Shown: positions 1-7,479 of the stretch, one piece after another | Numbering within the stretch: the first letter of the stretch is position 1 | Layout: every line of letters starts with the position of its first letter | Origin: Candidatus Omnitrophota bacterium | Lineage (GTDB): Bacteria; Omnitrophota; Gorgyraeia; 2-01-FULL-45-10 | Reading direction: 5' to 3' | Assembly: GCA_023818895.1 (NCBI GenBank) | Contig: JAMWCX010000003.1 | Span: 1-32,000 of the forward strand | DNA: 32,000 nucleotides | Notes under the pieces: generated by a model | What the model saw: only the letters and a program-made list of their open reading frames with translations | Database searches by the model: none | What the model was told of the DNA's origin: nothing | Position numbers and translations under genes: made by a program

Positions 1-3000
1 GTTATGACTCCGTCTGTTATCGACGGCTGGGAGGCCAGGTTATAGTTGGAGGCGTCGGATCCGGATAATGAGACCCCTGATACCGTGACCAGGTGGTTTG
101 TGCCGACGTTCTTGTTGTCATAGCTTGCAGTGGCAGAGGAGTAGTTTATCGAAAGATCATCGCCTGAGACCTTGCCGTTTATGACGGCTGAGGAGAAGTT
201 CAGCGCCGATGTGCCGGCTGTTGTGCCGTCGTATACCTTAGAGGCGCTTACCCCTGTTATGGTGACGTCCTTTGCGGTTATGTTAGCAGTTGCGGTAGCA
301 GTTGTCACGCCATTAAGAGTAAATTTGGAAGCGTCGGCGCCGATAAGCGAAATGCCACTTACGCTGATCGATTTGCCAGTGCCGACATTCTTCCCTGCGT
401 CAAAAGTGGCCGATGCATAAGTAGCGGAAACGCTATACGCCGTGAATATATTAGGAAACGAAAGATTTACGGTCGCTGTAGCCGTCCCGTCATATACCTT
501 ATCGATGCCGGTGGCACTCACAATAAGCAATACTTGGGCTGTACCGCTTATTGTTCCTGTGCCATTTATAACCGTGCTTGTATGGTTTACTGTCTTTACT
601 CCACTTCCTGAAACAGTTAGATTATTGTATGTTCCAGTTGAAATAGTCTGTGAGGCTCCGTCATAGTTCACAGTCCCACCCCATGTCTTGCCGGCAGGTA
701 TAGGAGTAGCTGATGTATTTTGAGTTCGGATAGTTCCATTATTGTTAATAGTAGAAAGGGTGCCCAACAACTGATAGGTGGCCATATCCAGCGTGCCACC
801 TGCCGTAGTGGTAAGCGTGCCATTTACAGTAATATTGCCAGCGGCTGTCTGTGTACCGCTCGTATTACTCAATGTCAGGTTGTTATAGATAAGGGACCCT
901 ATCGTCTGGCCGCCAGAAGCGGCATTATAATTGACTGTTCCGCTACCGGCCGTAAATGTGCCGTTATTAGTCCAGTTACCCGCTATATTGATAGTAGATG
1001 AACCTGCGGTAATAGCGCCTGATCCGCTAAGGTTTCCGGTCAGGTTTATTGTAGGATTATTGGTGTTAAGCGCGGTGGTGCTGCCTACCACCCAGTTGCC
1101 TCCGATAGTAAGCGTTCCAGCTGCCACTGTCTTGGTGCCTGCTCCAGAGAAAGTCAGGTTAGAATAGCTGGGGGTGGTGGAAACGGTCTGGGCAGCGCTT
1201 GAGGCATATTCAACCGTAGTCCCGGCCGCGATATTTCTGGTGGTAAATGCCGGGAAGTTGGTGGCTACAGTACCGCTCCCCAGTTTAAAGGTTCCTGAAG
1301 TCAGATTCAGGGTTCCGGTGGAGGTTACCTGATAGCCGCCGTCACTAAAGACGCTGTTTGAGGTTACATCGCCGATGGTAAGCGTAGAGACGGTTATCGC
1401 CGCTGCCAGGGTTACGCCAGCAGTATTGTTTGACTTTAAGACGTTGTACGTGTAACCGGCAACTGTTTGGACAGCAGAGCCATTACAGTTTACCGTTCCG
1501 GTAGACGCAACAAATGTTCCTCCGGTCCCCAGATTTCCTCCCAGATTCAGCGTGCCGCTACCGGTAAAGGTCAATCTTGCAGAAACCTGGGTACCGCCAA
1601 ACGTAATATTGCCAGTACAATTAATTGTTCCGGTAGAGACCGTTACTTGGCTTCTTCGGTTTATATTGCTACCTGATGTAATACTTATGCTGCCAGCGTT
1701 TAATGTGCCTGCACCAACCGCTACCACCTTGGTTACATTCGCGGTCGGCGCGTTAATAGTAACCGCTCCTGTGACTGTTAGAGAGTTTGTTCCAGAAAAG
1801 GTAAGACTGTTAGCTGCATTTCCGCCCTTAAGAGTTAAAGAAGCTATTGCATATGCTGGAGTGATATTCAGCGTTACGGCAATCCCATTATTAATAGTAA
1901 CGGTATCAGCAGTATTCTGTTGACCAGGGTAATAAGTTCCACCTCCCCAAGTGGCGGTATTACTCCAGTTTCCGCTGACGCTAGCAGTGAAAGCCGCGTC
2001 CGTAAATTCAGTTCGGCTAGACAACCCGGAAGAAAGCCCGCTTGCGGTAAGAATGAATGTTACCCCGCGATGCTCTTCTTTAGGGGTAAAGCTTGAGTCT
2101 GAGAAATAACCGTTTTTATCCGCGGTAATGTTGATCAAAAGGTCTTCAATCCCGTCTTTAAGGGATTTCAAAACAAGCAGGACGGTTTCGCCGGCAGTCC
2201 ATCCATAACCCATGATCGTCACGGTTTCTCCGGGATAATAGTCCAGTTTATCCGTAACCAGGCAAGCCGCATAGCCGCTTGTGCCAAGAGGGTCAAGGAT
2301 TAGGGTGCCACGCTCGCCGCTTGGTGCGGTGGCGTCTATAAAGCCGTTAAAGCGCAATGTTCCAGAGCTGGAAACCTGAATAAAGCCACCATTGCCGTCT
2401 TCAGGGCCCCCGCGGCTGCTGATATGTCCAAAATAGCTGGTAAGCACATCAGACCATACAATCACCATGCCACCATTACCGGAAATAGTGGCATCCGCGT
2501 AAATATAGGAATTTCTGTTTATAAGAACGATTTCAGCGTTGAATAGTGTTCCCTTGCCTTGGAAATCACCTCCAATAAGGACAGTACCGCCGCCAGTAGT
2601 ACCGGAAACATCGATAGTGGCACCTATTAATATAACCTGATGGCCAAGTATCTCTACCCTGCCACCTATCCCTTTATCATTAGAAGCGTCTATTACACTG
2701 CCGGCCTCTAATAAGGCATCTCCATTCATTCCATTAATCAATATATACCCAGCAGGAACGGCTATTCTGGTCATACCGCCTATAGTTACGCCCTGGAGGC
2801 CTATTAGTTCTATTTTATTTGCAGCAGTAAGCGCGGTGAGCTCAGTTCCGGAGGTAATTACACGAACACCTTCCAGCGTCAACTGGGAGGCATCAGAATT
2901 GTATAAAATAGAGCCAAAAGTCCATTCTTCCGGAGGTCCGCGGATCCATACGTTTGTGCCTATACCTACAGATGAACGTATATCTATATCTCCATTTAAC

Positions 3001-4172
3001 CGTTCGATTATTATATTAGAACCATAAATACGAACAGGAGTCTCGCTTGTCCCGAACCTTTGCGCTGTAAGGTTGAGGTTTGTGCCCTGGATAATGGCCA
3101 TATCCATGGTATTCAAGGTATCGCCCGATACCAGCTTCACAGCCGGAGCCTTGAGCGTTGACCCCACGTTTATGGCCTCCTGGGCGCTTATCGTGATAGA
3201 TACCTCTCCCCTTACAAGCGCTGTCGGTTCAATCGTCACACTCTTGGGAACTATGTTCTGGCTCGGCTCGCCTACTACTATATTAGTAGCGCGGACCTCT
3301 CCTCCAAGCGATACATACCCGCTTGTCGCGAAATAAACCTTGCCGTCCTTTTCTTCAAGATGCGTGGCCTTTACTGTTCCTTCCATGTTAATAGCGCTCG
3401 TGAAGATATCATTAATGCTCTCTGCCGCAAGTATTACCGTTCCGCCCTCAGCATCCAAAGTGCCTGTATTCTTGATTTGATCCGTAATGGGCCTGCCCTG
3501 ATAATCTCTTATGGTCCTGGCTACCGGTTCCTCAATGGCGACCCCTATAAACCTATTCCCGGACATCTCAAGCCGTACAGCATTGCCCGAAGCAAGGGCA
3601 ATTGTGCCCGCTTTTGCCGTTATAACGCCTTTATTCTCTATGGCGCCGGCTATAAGGACCCCAAAACCGCCGTTAGAAATCGTTATATTACCTTCGTTAA
3701 TAAGGAGCTTATCGAATTCTTCCTGGGAGATACGCTTGAACATATACTCCCCGTCAATGAAGCGCTGATTTGTGATGTCCCTTGTGGACAACACAAGCGC
3801 GCCCGCGTTGATAGTAGCCTGCGGACCCACGTATATCCCCGCTTCATTGACAAGTATGATTATACCGTTTGAACCCATAGTTCCGAGTATCCGGCTTGGA
3901 GTGGCCGTAACAACCCTGTTCAGGATGGCGTCATTGGACGATGGCAGATAGAACATCACGCTCTCATGTTCCATGATGTTGAATGAATTGTAATTTATAA
4001 TGGCTTTTTCGGATGCGGTGATGGTCATCGTGTTCTGGTCTTTAATCTGGATTTCTGCGGTGCCGTTCACGACTTCTTTGACCTCAGGCAGACAGAATCC
4101 GACACCGGCGCCCACGCCTAGTATCATCATCATCGCGATCGCTATGGTCTTCAGTGCCGTTTTCGCTCTCAT
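1..4172 (-). CDS. TpsA-type large secreted exoprotein/adhesin (filamentous-hemagglutinin family). About 1390 N-terminal codons lie in the window; the C-terminus is beyond the left edge.
   Basis: It is missing from the ORF track because there is no stop in the window. My reverse-complement translation from the ATG at 4172 gives MRAKTALKTIAIAMMMILGVGAGVG (signal peptide). A TPS/haemagglutination-activity domain follows (ITASEKAIINYNSFNI...AILNRVV...PSRILGTMGSNGIIILVNEAGIYVGPQATINAGALVLST). Further in is the motif MVIVWSD...GHISSRGGPEDGNGGFIQVSS...IDATAPSGERGTLILDP. Spot-checked frames near 2300 and 1-60 remain open and protein-like. A GAGGA RBS lies 5 nt upstream of the ATG. Confidence 0.85.
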   Translation of the reverse strand, partial: MRAKTALKTIAIAMMMILGVGAGVGFCLPEVKEVVNGTAEIQIKDQNTMTITASEKAIINYNSFNIMEHESVMFYLPSSNDAILNRVVTATPSRILGTMGSNGIIILVNEAGIYVGPQATINAGALVLSTRDITNQRFIDGEYMFKRISQEEFDKLLINEGNITISNGGFGVLIAGAIENKGVITAKAGTIALASGNAVRLEMSGNRFIGVAIEEPVARTIRDYQGRPITDQIKNTGTLDAEGGTVILAAESINDIFTSAINMEGTVKATHLEEKDGKVYFATSGYVSLGGEVRATNIVVGEPSQNIVPKSVTIEPTALVRGEVSITISAQEAINVGSTLKAPAVKLVSGDTLNTMDMAIIQGTNLNLTAQRFGTSETPVRIYGSNIIIERLNGDIDIRSSVGIGTNVWIRGPPEEWTFGSILYNSDASQLTLEGVRVITSGTELTALTAANKIELIGLQGVTIGGMTRIAVPAGYILINGMNGDALLEAGSVIDASNDKGIGGRVEILGHQVILIGATIDVSGTTGGGTVLIGGDFQGKGTLFNAEIVLINRNSYIYADATISGNGGMVIVWSDVLTSYFGHISSRGGPEDGNGGFIQVSSSGTLRFNGFIDATAPSGERGTLILDPLGTSGYAACLVTDKLDYYPGETVTIMGYGWTAGETVLLVLKSLKDGIEDLLINITADKNGYFSDSSFTPKEEHRGVTFILTASGLSSGLSSRTEFTDAAFTASVSGNWSNTATWGGGTYYPGQQNTADTVTINNGIAVTLNITPAYAIASLTLKGGNAANSLTFSGTNSLTVTGAVTINAPTANVTKVVAVGAGTLNAGSISITSGSNINRRSQVTVSTGTINCTGNITFGGTQVSARLTFTGSGTLNLGGNLGTGGTFVASTGTVNCNGSAVQTVAGYTYNVLKSNNTAGVTLAAAITVSTLTIGDVTSNSVFSDGGYQVTSTGTLNLTSGTFKLGSGTVATNFPAFTTRNIAAGTTVEYASSAAQTVSTTPSYSNLTFSGAGTKTVAAGTLTIGGNWVVGSTTALNTNNPTINLTGNLSGSGAITAGSSTINIAGNWTNNGTFTAGSGTVNYNAASGGQTIGSLIYNNLTLSNTSGTQTAAGNITVNGTLTTTAGGTLDMATYQLLGTLSTINNNGTIRTQNTSATPIPAGKTWGGTVNYDGASQTISTGTYNNLTVSGSGVKTVNHTSTVINGTGTISGTAQVLLIVSATGIDKVYDGTATATVNLSFPNIFTAYSVSATYASATFDAGKNVGTGKSISVSGISLIGADASKFTLNGVTTATATANITAKDVTITGVSASKVYDGTTAGTSALNFSSAVINGKVSGDDLSINYSSATASYDNKNVGTNHLVTVSGVSLSGSDASNYNLASQPSITDGVI

Positions 4173-4187
4173 ATAATCCTCTATATT

Positions 4188-4218
4188 AAAAAACCCACAC
4201 GCTCTTCAAGCCTGCGGG
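4188..4218 (-). terminator. Leader hairpin plus U6 (intrinsic-terminator-like) immediately upstream of the tpsA RBS
   Basis: The minus strand reads CCCGCAGGCUUGAAGAGCGUGUGGG-UUUUUU. It forms 6 bp, a G/G mismatch and 3 more bp around a UGAAG loop, then six U. The sequence AAUAUAGAGGAUUAU-AUG follows. Confidence 0.5.
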
Positions 4219-4221
4219 TAT

Positions 4222-4247
4222 AAAAAAATCTCTACCACTTTCGGTAG
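4222..4247 (-). terminator. Weaker leader hairpin plus U7 directly 3' of the riboswitch-like aptamer
   Basis: The minus strand reads CUACC-GAAAGU-GGUAG-AGA-UUUUUUU. The 3' arm and U-run (UAGAGAUUU, 4234-4226) are exactly complementary to AAAUCUCUA (4351-4343) located 5' of the aptamer. Confidence 0.4.
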
Positions 4248-4254
4248 CTGACTG

Positions 4255-4340
4255 CCATTGTCCACCTATCGTACGTCTTCGGACTTTAGGCTCTTTGAGC
4301 TTTGCGTCGCCGGATTTCTCCGGCTTTGCCTTTTTCGGTC
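4255..4340 (-). promoter_or_regulatory. Candidate c-di-GMP-I (GEMM-I) riboswitch aptamer in the tpsA 5' leader
   Basis: The minus strand reads AAAAAGGCAAA-GCCGGA-GAAA-UCCGGC-GACGCAAAGC-UCAAAGAG-CCUAAA-GUCCGAAGACGUACGAU-AGGUGG. This matches the GEMM-I signature as I recall it from V. cholerae Vc2: GGCAAA, a P-stem closed by a GNRA (GAAA) tetraloop, GACGCAAAGC, then CCUAAA ... UAGGU. I could not fold the second hairpin convincingly by eye. Confidence 0.6.
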
Positions 4341-4384
4341 GTTAGAGATTTCTCTCTCTACTTACCTTTCGCAACTTCAGTATA

Positions 4385-4412
4385 AGTATACCACAATATT
4401 TTTTATTGTCAA
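4385..4412 (-). promoter_or_regulatory. Sigma70-type promoter for tpsA
   Basis: The minus strand has TTGACA (4412-4407), a 16-nt spacer, and TGgTATACT (extended -10; hexamer at 4390-4385). This predicts a leader of about 200 nt. Confidence 0.6.
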
Positions 4413-5063
4413 GGTTAGGAATTACAATTTTTAGAAATAGTTCATCTCCTTCTTCCTTCTTCGATATATTTCTACCTTTGTAATATTCTATAAAGCGTAT
4501 CACTTTTCACGAAGGCAATAAAAATGATATGGCATTTGCCTTACCTTGGTCGCCTTTGAGCATAAAATACATATGCCTTCTGACCGAACTCAAGGATGAG
4601 CAGATTGTTCCTACCATAGTCCGCCATGCTTATACGCTCATAAAAAAGCGAACCGCTTATCATTTTAACATCAATAACAAAACAACCTAACTGCTATGTT
4701 AGTTAAAATTTTTTAGGCCTGTAAAATTTTTACTGATTTTTTGAGAGTTTGCGAATTTTTACATCATATATTTTATTAATTTTTGTCGCGTGCTTTTTAT
4801 GCAAAGCCCATAAAAAATTTCAGAAAAAGGAAAGTCTTTTTTAAAAAATTTGGCAAGTTTTTCAAAAAGATATCAAGCAAGTAATTTAGTTTGAAAAAAA
4901 TTTTTTAAAACGGCTTTTATATTTTGCTCAACCCCATCCTTTTTATAGCTTAATAGAATCTCAATAACTTTTTGACAAAGAAAAAATGCTACGGCTTTCA
5001 AACAATAAACTGCAAGATAATAGCACCTTGTCAAATGTAAATTTACGATTGGAAAAGCTGTGT

Positions 5064-5305
5064 TTATTCATAGTTTTTCGTGTCCGCGCAGTGTTTTAAA
5101 TATACCGCCTTTTTATAGACAAGATCATCATCCGTTCGTTTATACCTGATGAACGAAAGCAAACTGTCAAAATGGCCGCTATTAAAAATGGTATCCGAAA
5201 AATAGCCCCTTGCGCCATTTTTATTTACTATAAAAACTTCGCGCGCGTTTTCGCCAATCTGGTATTTTATTTTTCCTATCGAAAAAACAAAATAATACCC
5301 GCCAT
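5064..5305 (-). pseudogene. Possible frameshifted small ORF of about 80 codons with unknown function
   Basis: An ATG at 5305 opens MAGIILFF and stops after 9 codons. A frame offset by one nucleotide is open for about 79 codons (..SIGKIKYQIGENAREVFIVNKNGARGYFSDTIFNSGHFDSLLSFIRYKRTDDDLVYKKAVYLKHCADTKNYE*) but has no canonical start. The two frames would be joined by adding one T to the T6 run (plus-strand A6, 5282-5287). I saw no RBS and recognised no homology. Confidence 0.2.
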
Positions 5306-5436
5306 TTCAAAAGTTAGAAATTACCGACTATAAACCGCAAATACATTAATTTGGCCTCATTTATAGTGCTAAATGATACTTCACAATATAATAAATTTGA
5401 CAAAATGGAATTTTCCAAGTAAACTTATATAAAATA

Positions 5437-7470
5437 ATGTCCAAGCTATATATAAAATATCCGCTATCGATAGCGGCAATTTTGGCTTTTTCTTTATCCC
5501 TGACTGTGAACTCTCCTGTCTGGTCACAACCCCCACCGCAACCTGCCGTAGACCAAGCCACAAGGCAGATCGACCGCGATGTCCGCGAAAAGGTCGAAAA
5601 AGAGATGGTGAAGCCGCCCAAGAAAGAGGCCCCTGTCGAAAAAGCCCCCGAGGCGGTTGAATTCACCGGCCCAAAACTTTTTGTAAAAAGCATAACGCTG
5701 GTGGGAGTAAAGTCTTTCCCCGCCGATAATTTCAAGCCCATCATCTCAAAATTCGAGAACAGGGACGTCTATGAACAGGAGCTGCAGAATGTGCTCGTCA
5801 AAGAGATCGAAAGAGAATACCTGCGCAAAGGCGCGATAGCCGCCTGTTTCATCCCGCCGCAAGAAGTAAAAGACGGCGCTCTCACGCTTCGTGTTGTTGA
5901 GGCGAAGATGGGAAATCTTGAGAGCGAAAAAACCAGATATTTCTCAAAAGACAGGCTTAACTATTACTGGAGCATCAAACCGGGTGAAGTGTTAAATTAT
6001 GAAAAGATTTCAAGAAGCCTGCAATTCATGAACAAAAATCCTGACAGGCAGGTTACGGCAACTCTTCATAAAGGTGAAAAACCCGAGACCACCGATGTCC
6101 TCCTGAACGCTAAGACATTCTGGCCGCTTCATATAACCGCTCTTTTTGACAATGAAGGCTCTGTTCCAACAGGCAAGACCAGAACCGGATTCGGATTTGT
6201 CGAGAATAACATCACCGGCCATGACGATACCCTGATGGCTGGTTACACTGGCGGTAAAAACTTTGGCGGCGTATACGGCTACCACCGCCTTCCGATCACA
6301 AATTACGGCACATCAATACTTTACGGATATAACGAGACGAAGGCCTACCCCAAAAAGGACTTCCAGCAGTTTGAGCTTTCTTCAATGGCCAATAGCGCCA
6401 GCGCCTTCCTGTATCAGGACCTTTTCCATAAGGACGAATACAAAGGCGAGCTTTCGTTCGGCGTTGAAGCCAAGAATAAAAGAGTTGTCGGTATCAACGG
6501 CACTATAAATACCGACCGACTGAGGTTCCTGCGCGCAAGTCTGGCTCTTCTGGGTAGGGACGGTAAGTCCGTCACGTATATCAAGCCGCAGATTTCTCAA
6601 GGATTGAACTGGTTTGGCGCACGGCGCCAGAGCGAATTCTCTTCGAGAAACGCGCAGAATACACCCACAGAATTCAGCCTGAATATAAATTTCATCAGAA
6701 CCCTCGTGCACAATATCAAGGCCCAGTTCAAATTCAGCGGGCTGCTTGCTTCGGAAAAGCTTATGCCTCAGGAAGAGCTGTACATGGGCGGCATAGATTC
6801 GGTAAGGGGTTATCCTTCCGGCGACTATCTTGCAGATACGGGTTTTTATAACCAGTCAGAACTCATAATTCCGGCATTTTTCCTTCCGGACTGGGCAAGG
6901 CTTCCTTATGGTGAAAGGCCTATTAAGGACGAGATAAACGGTGTGTTATTCTTCGATTATGGCTACGGCATAAAGCGGGGTCTGATGGATGGTGAAATAT
7001 CGGAACGCAGGATGGGCTCTCTTGGCGCCGGCGTGCGCGTACGGCTCTGCAACCAGGCTAACTTAAGACTCGAGTGGGGGTTTCCGATGAATCCCCTGGT
7101 CAATAACCCCATAACGGAAATGGATCGCTCACGCCTGCATTTTTCAATTGATATCCAGGAGAGGCTGCCTGAGGAAGTGGAGCGTTTCAGCAAGGAATTC
7201 AAGGCAAATCCAAATCCATTTAAGTATTACGCCCGCAAGAAAGAGCGCGAACTGGCTGAACAGAAAGCTACGGAAATCGCGCAGTCGGCGGCTGAAAGTA
7301 CCGCAGCGGTTGAAAAGAAAGCTCCTGAAAGCACACAAGTCCCTGAAGCTCCGAAAGAAAAAGCTTCCAGGAAAGAATCCCAGATCAAACCGCAAAAGCT
7401 TGCGCCCAAGAAGGCAAAGCACGTGCAGCAAACCGTTAATTACACGTCAAAGAGCAGGATCGACAAATAA
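5437..7470 (+). CDS. TpsB outer-membrane transporter (ShlB/FhaC/HecB family, POTRA domains plus beta-barrel) with an atypical C-terminal tail
   Basis: There is a signal peptide (MSKLYIKYPLSIAAILAFSLSLTVNSPVWS). A POTRA-like segment follows (FVKSITLVGVKSFPADNFKPIISKFENRDVYEQELQNVLVKEIEREYLRKGAIAA...LTLRVVEAKMG). Barrel motifs are present (LYMGGIDSVRGYPSGDY; barrel-closing ..RSRLHFSIDIQ). The gene sits divergently next to a TpsA gene. Confidence 0.85.
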   Translation: MSKLYIKYPLSIAAILAFSLSLTVNSPVWSQPPPQPAVDQATRQIDRDVREKVEKEMVKPPKKEAPVEKAPEAVEFTGPKLFVKSITLVGVKSFPADNFKPIISKFENRDVYEQELQNVLVKEIEREYLRKGAIAACFIPPQEVKDGALTLRVVEAKMGNLESEKTRYFSKDRLNYYWSIKPGEVLNYEKISRSLQFMNKNPDRQVTATLHKGEKPETTDVLLNAKTFWPLHITALFDNEGSVPTGKTRTGFGFVENNITGHDDTLMAGYTGGKNFGGVYGYHRLPITNYGTSILYGYNETKAYPKKDFQQFELSSMANSASAFLYQDLFHKDEYKGELSFGVEAKNKRVVGINGTINTDRLRFLRASLALLGRDGKSVTYIKPQISQGLNWFGARRQSEFSSRNAQNTPTEFSLNINFIRTLVHNIKAQFKFSGLLASEKLMPQEELYMGGIDSVRGYPSGDYLADTGFYNQSELIIPAFFLPDWARLPYGERPIKDEINGVLFFDYGYGIKRGLMDGEISERRMGSLGAGVRVRLCNQANLRLEWGFPMNPLVNNPITEMDRSRLHFSIDIQERLPEEVERFSKEFKANPNPFKYYARKKERELAEQKATEIAQSAAESTAAVEKKAPESTQVPEAPKEKASRKESQIKPQKLAPKKAKHVQQTVNYTSKSRIDK

Positions 7471-7479
7471 CCTCGAGAA

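Noticed and set aside
172-3872. About a dozen plus-strand ORFs of 60-170 aa (for example 172-420, 1552-1923, 3360-3872)
   Set aside because: All lie antisense to, or out of frame within, the long minus-strand tpsA reading frame. Their translations are low-complexity (V/P/A/L-rich) mirror images of the G/T/N-rich adhesin repeats. They have no RBS or recognisable motifs.
4560-4662. A 41-codon minus-strand ORF (MISGSLFYERISMADYGRNNLLILEFGQKAYVFYAQRRPR) that vaguely recalls a RelE/ParE-type toxin core
   Set aside because: The resemblance is too short and too weak, no antitoxin partner is evident, and it is below any reasonable threshold without an HMM hit.
5361-5744. Minus-strand ORFs (127 aa and 60 aa) overlapping the tpsB start
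   Set aside because: They are antisense to the well-supported tpsB signal peptide and POTRA region. There is no motif support.
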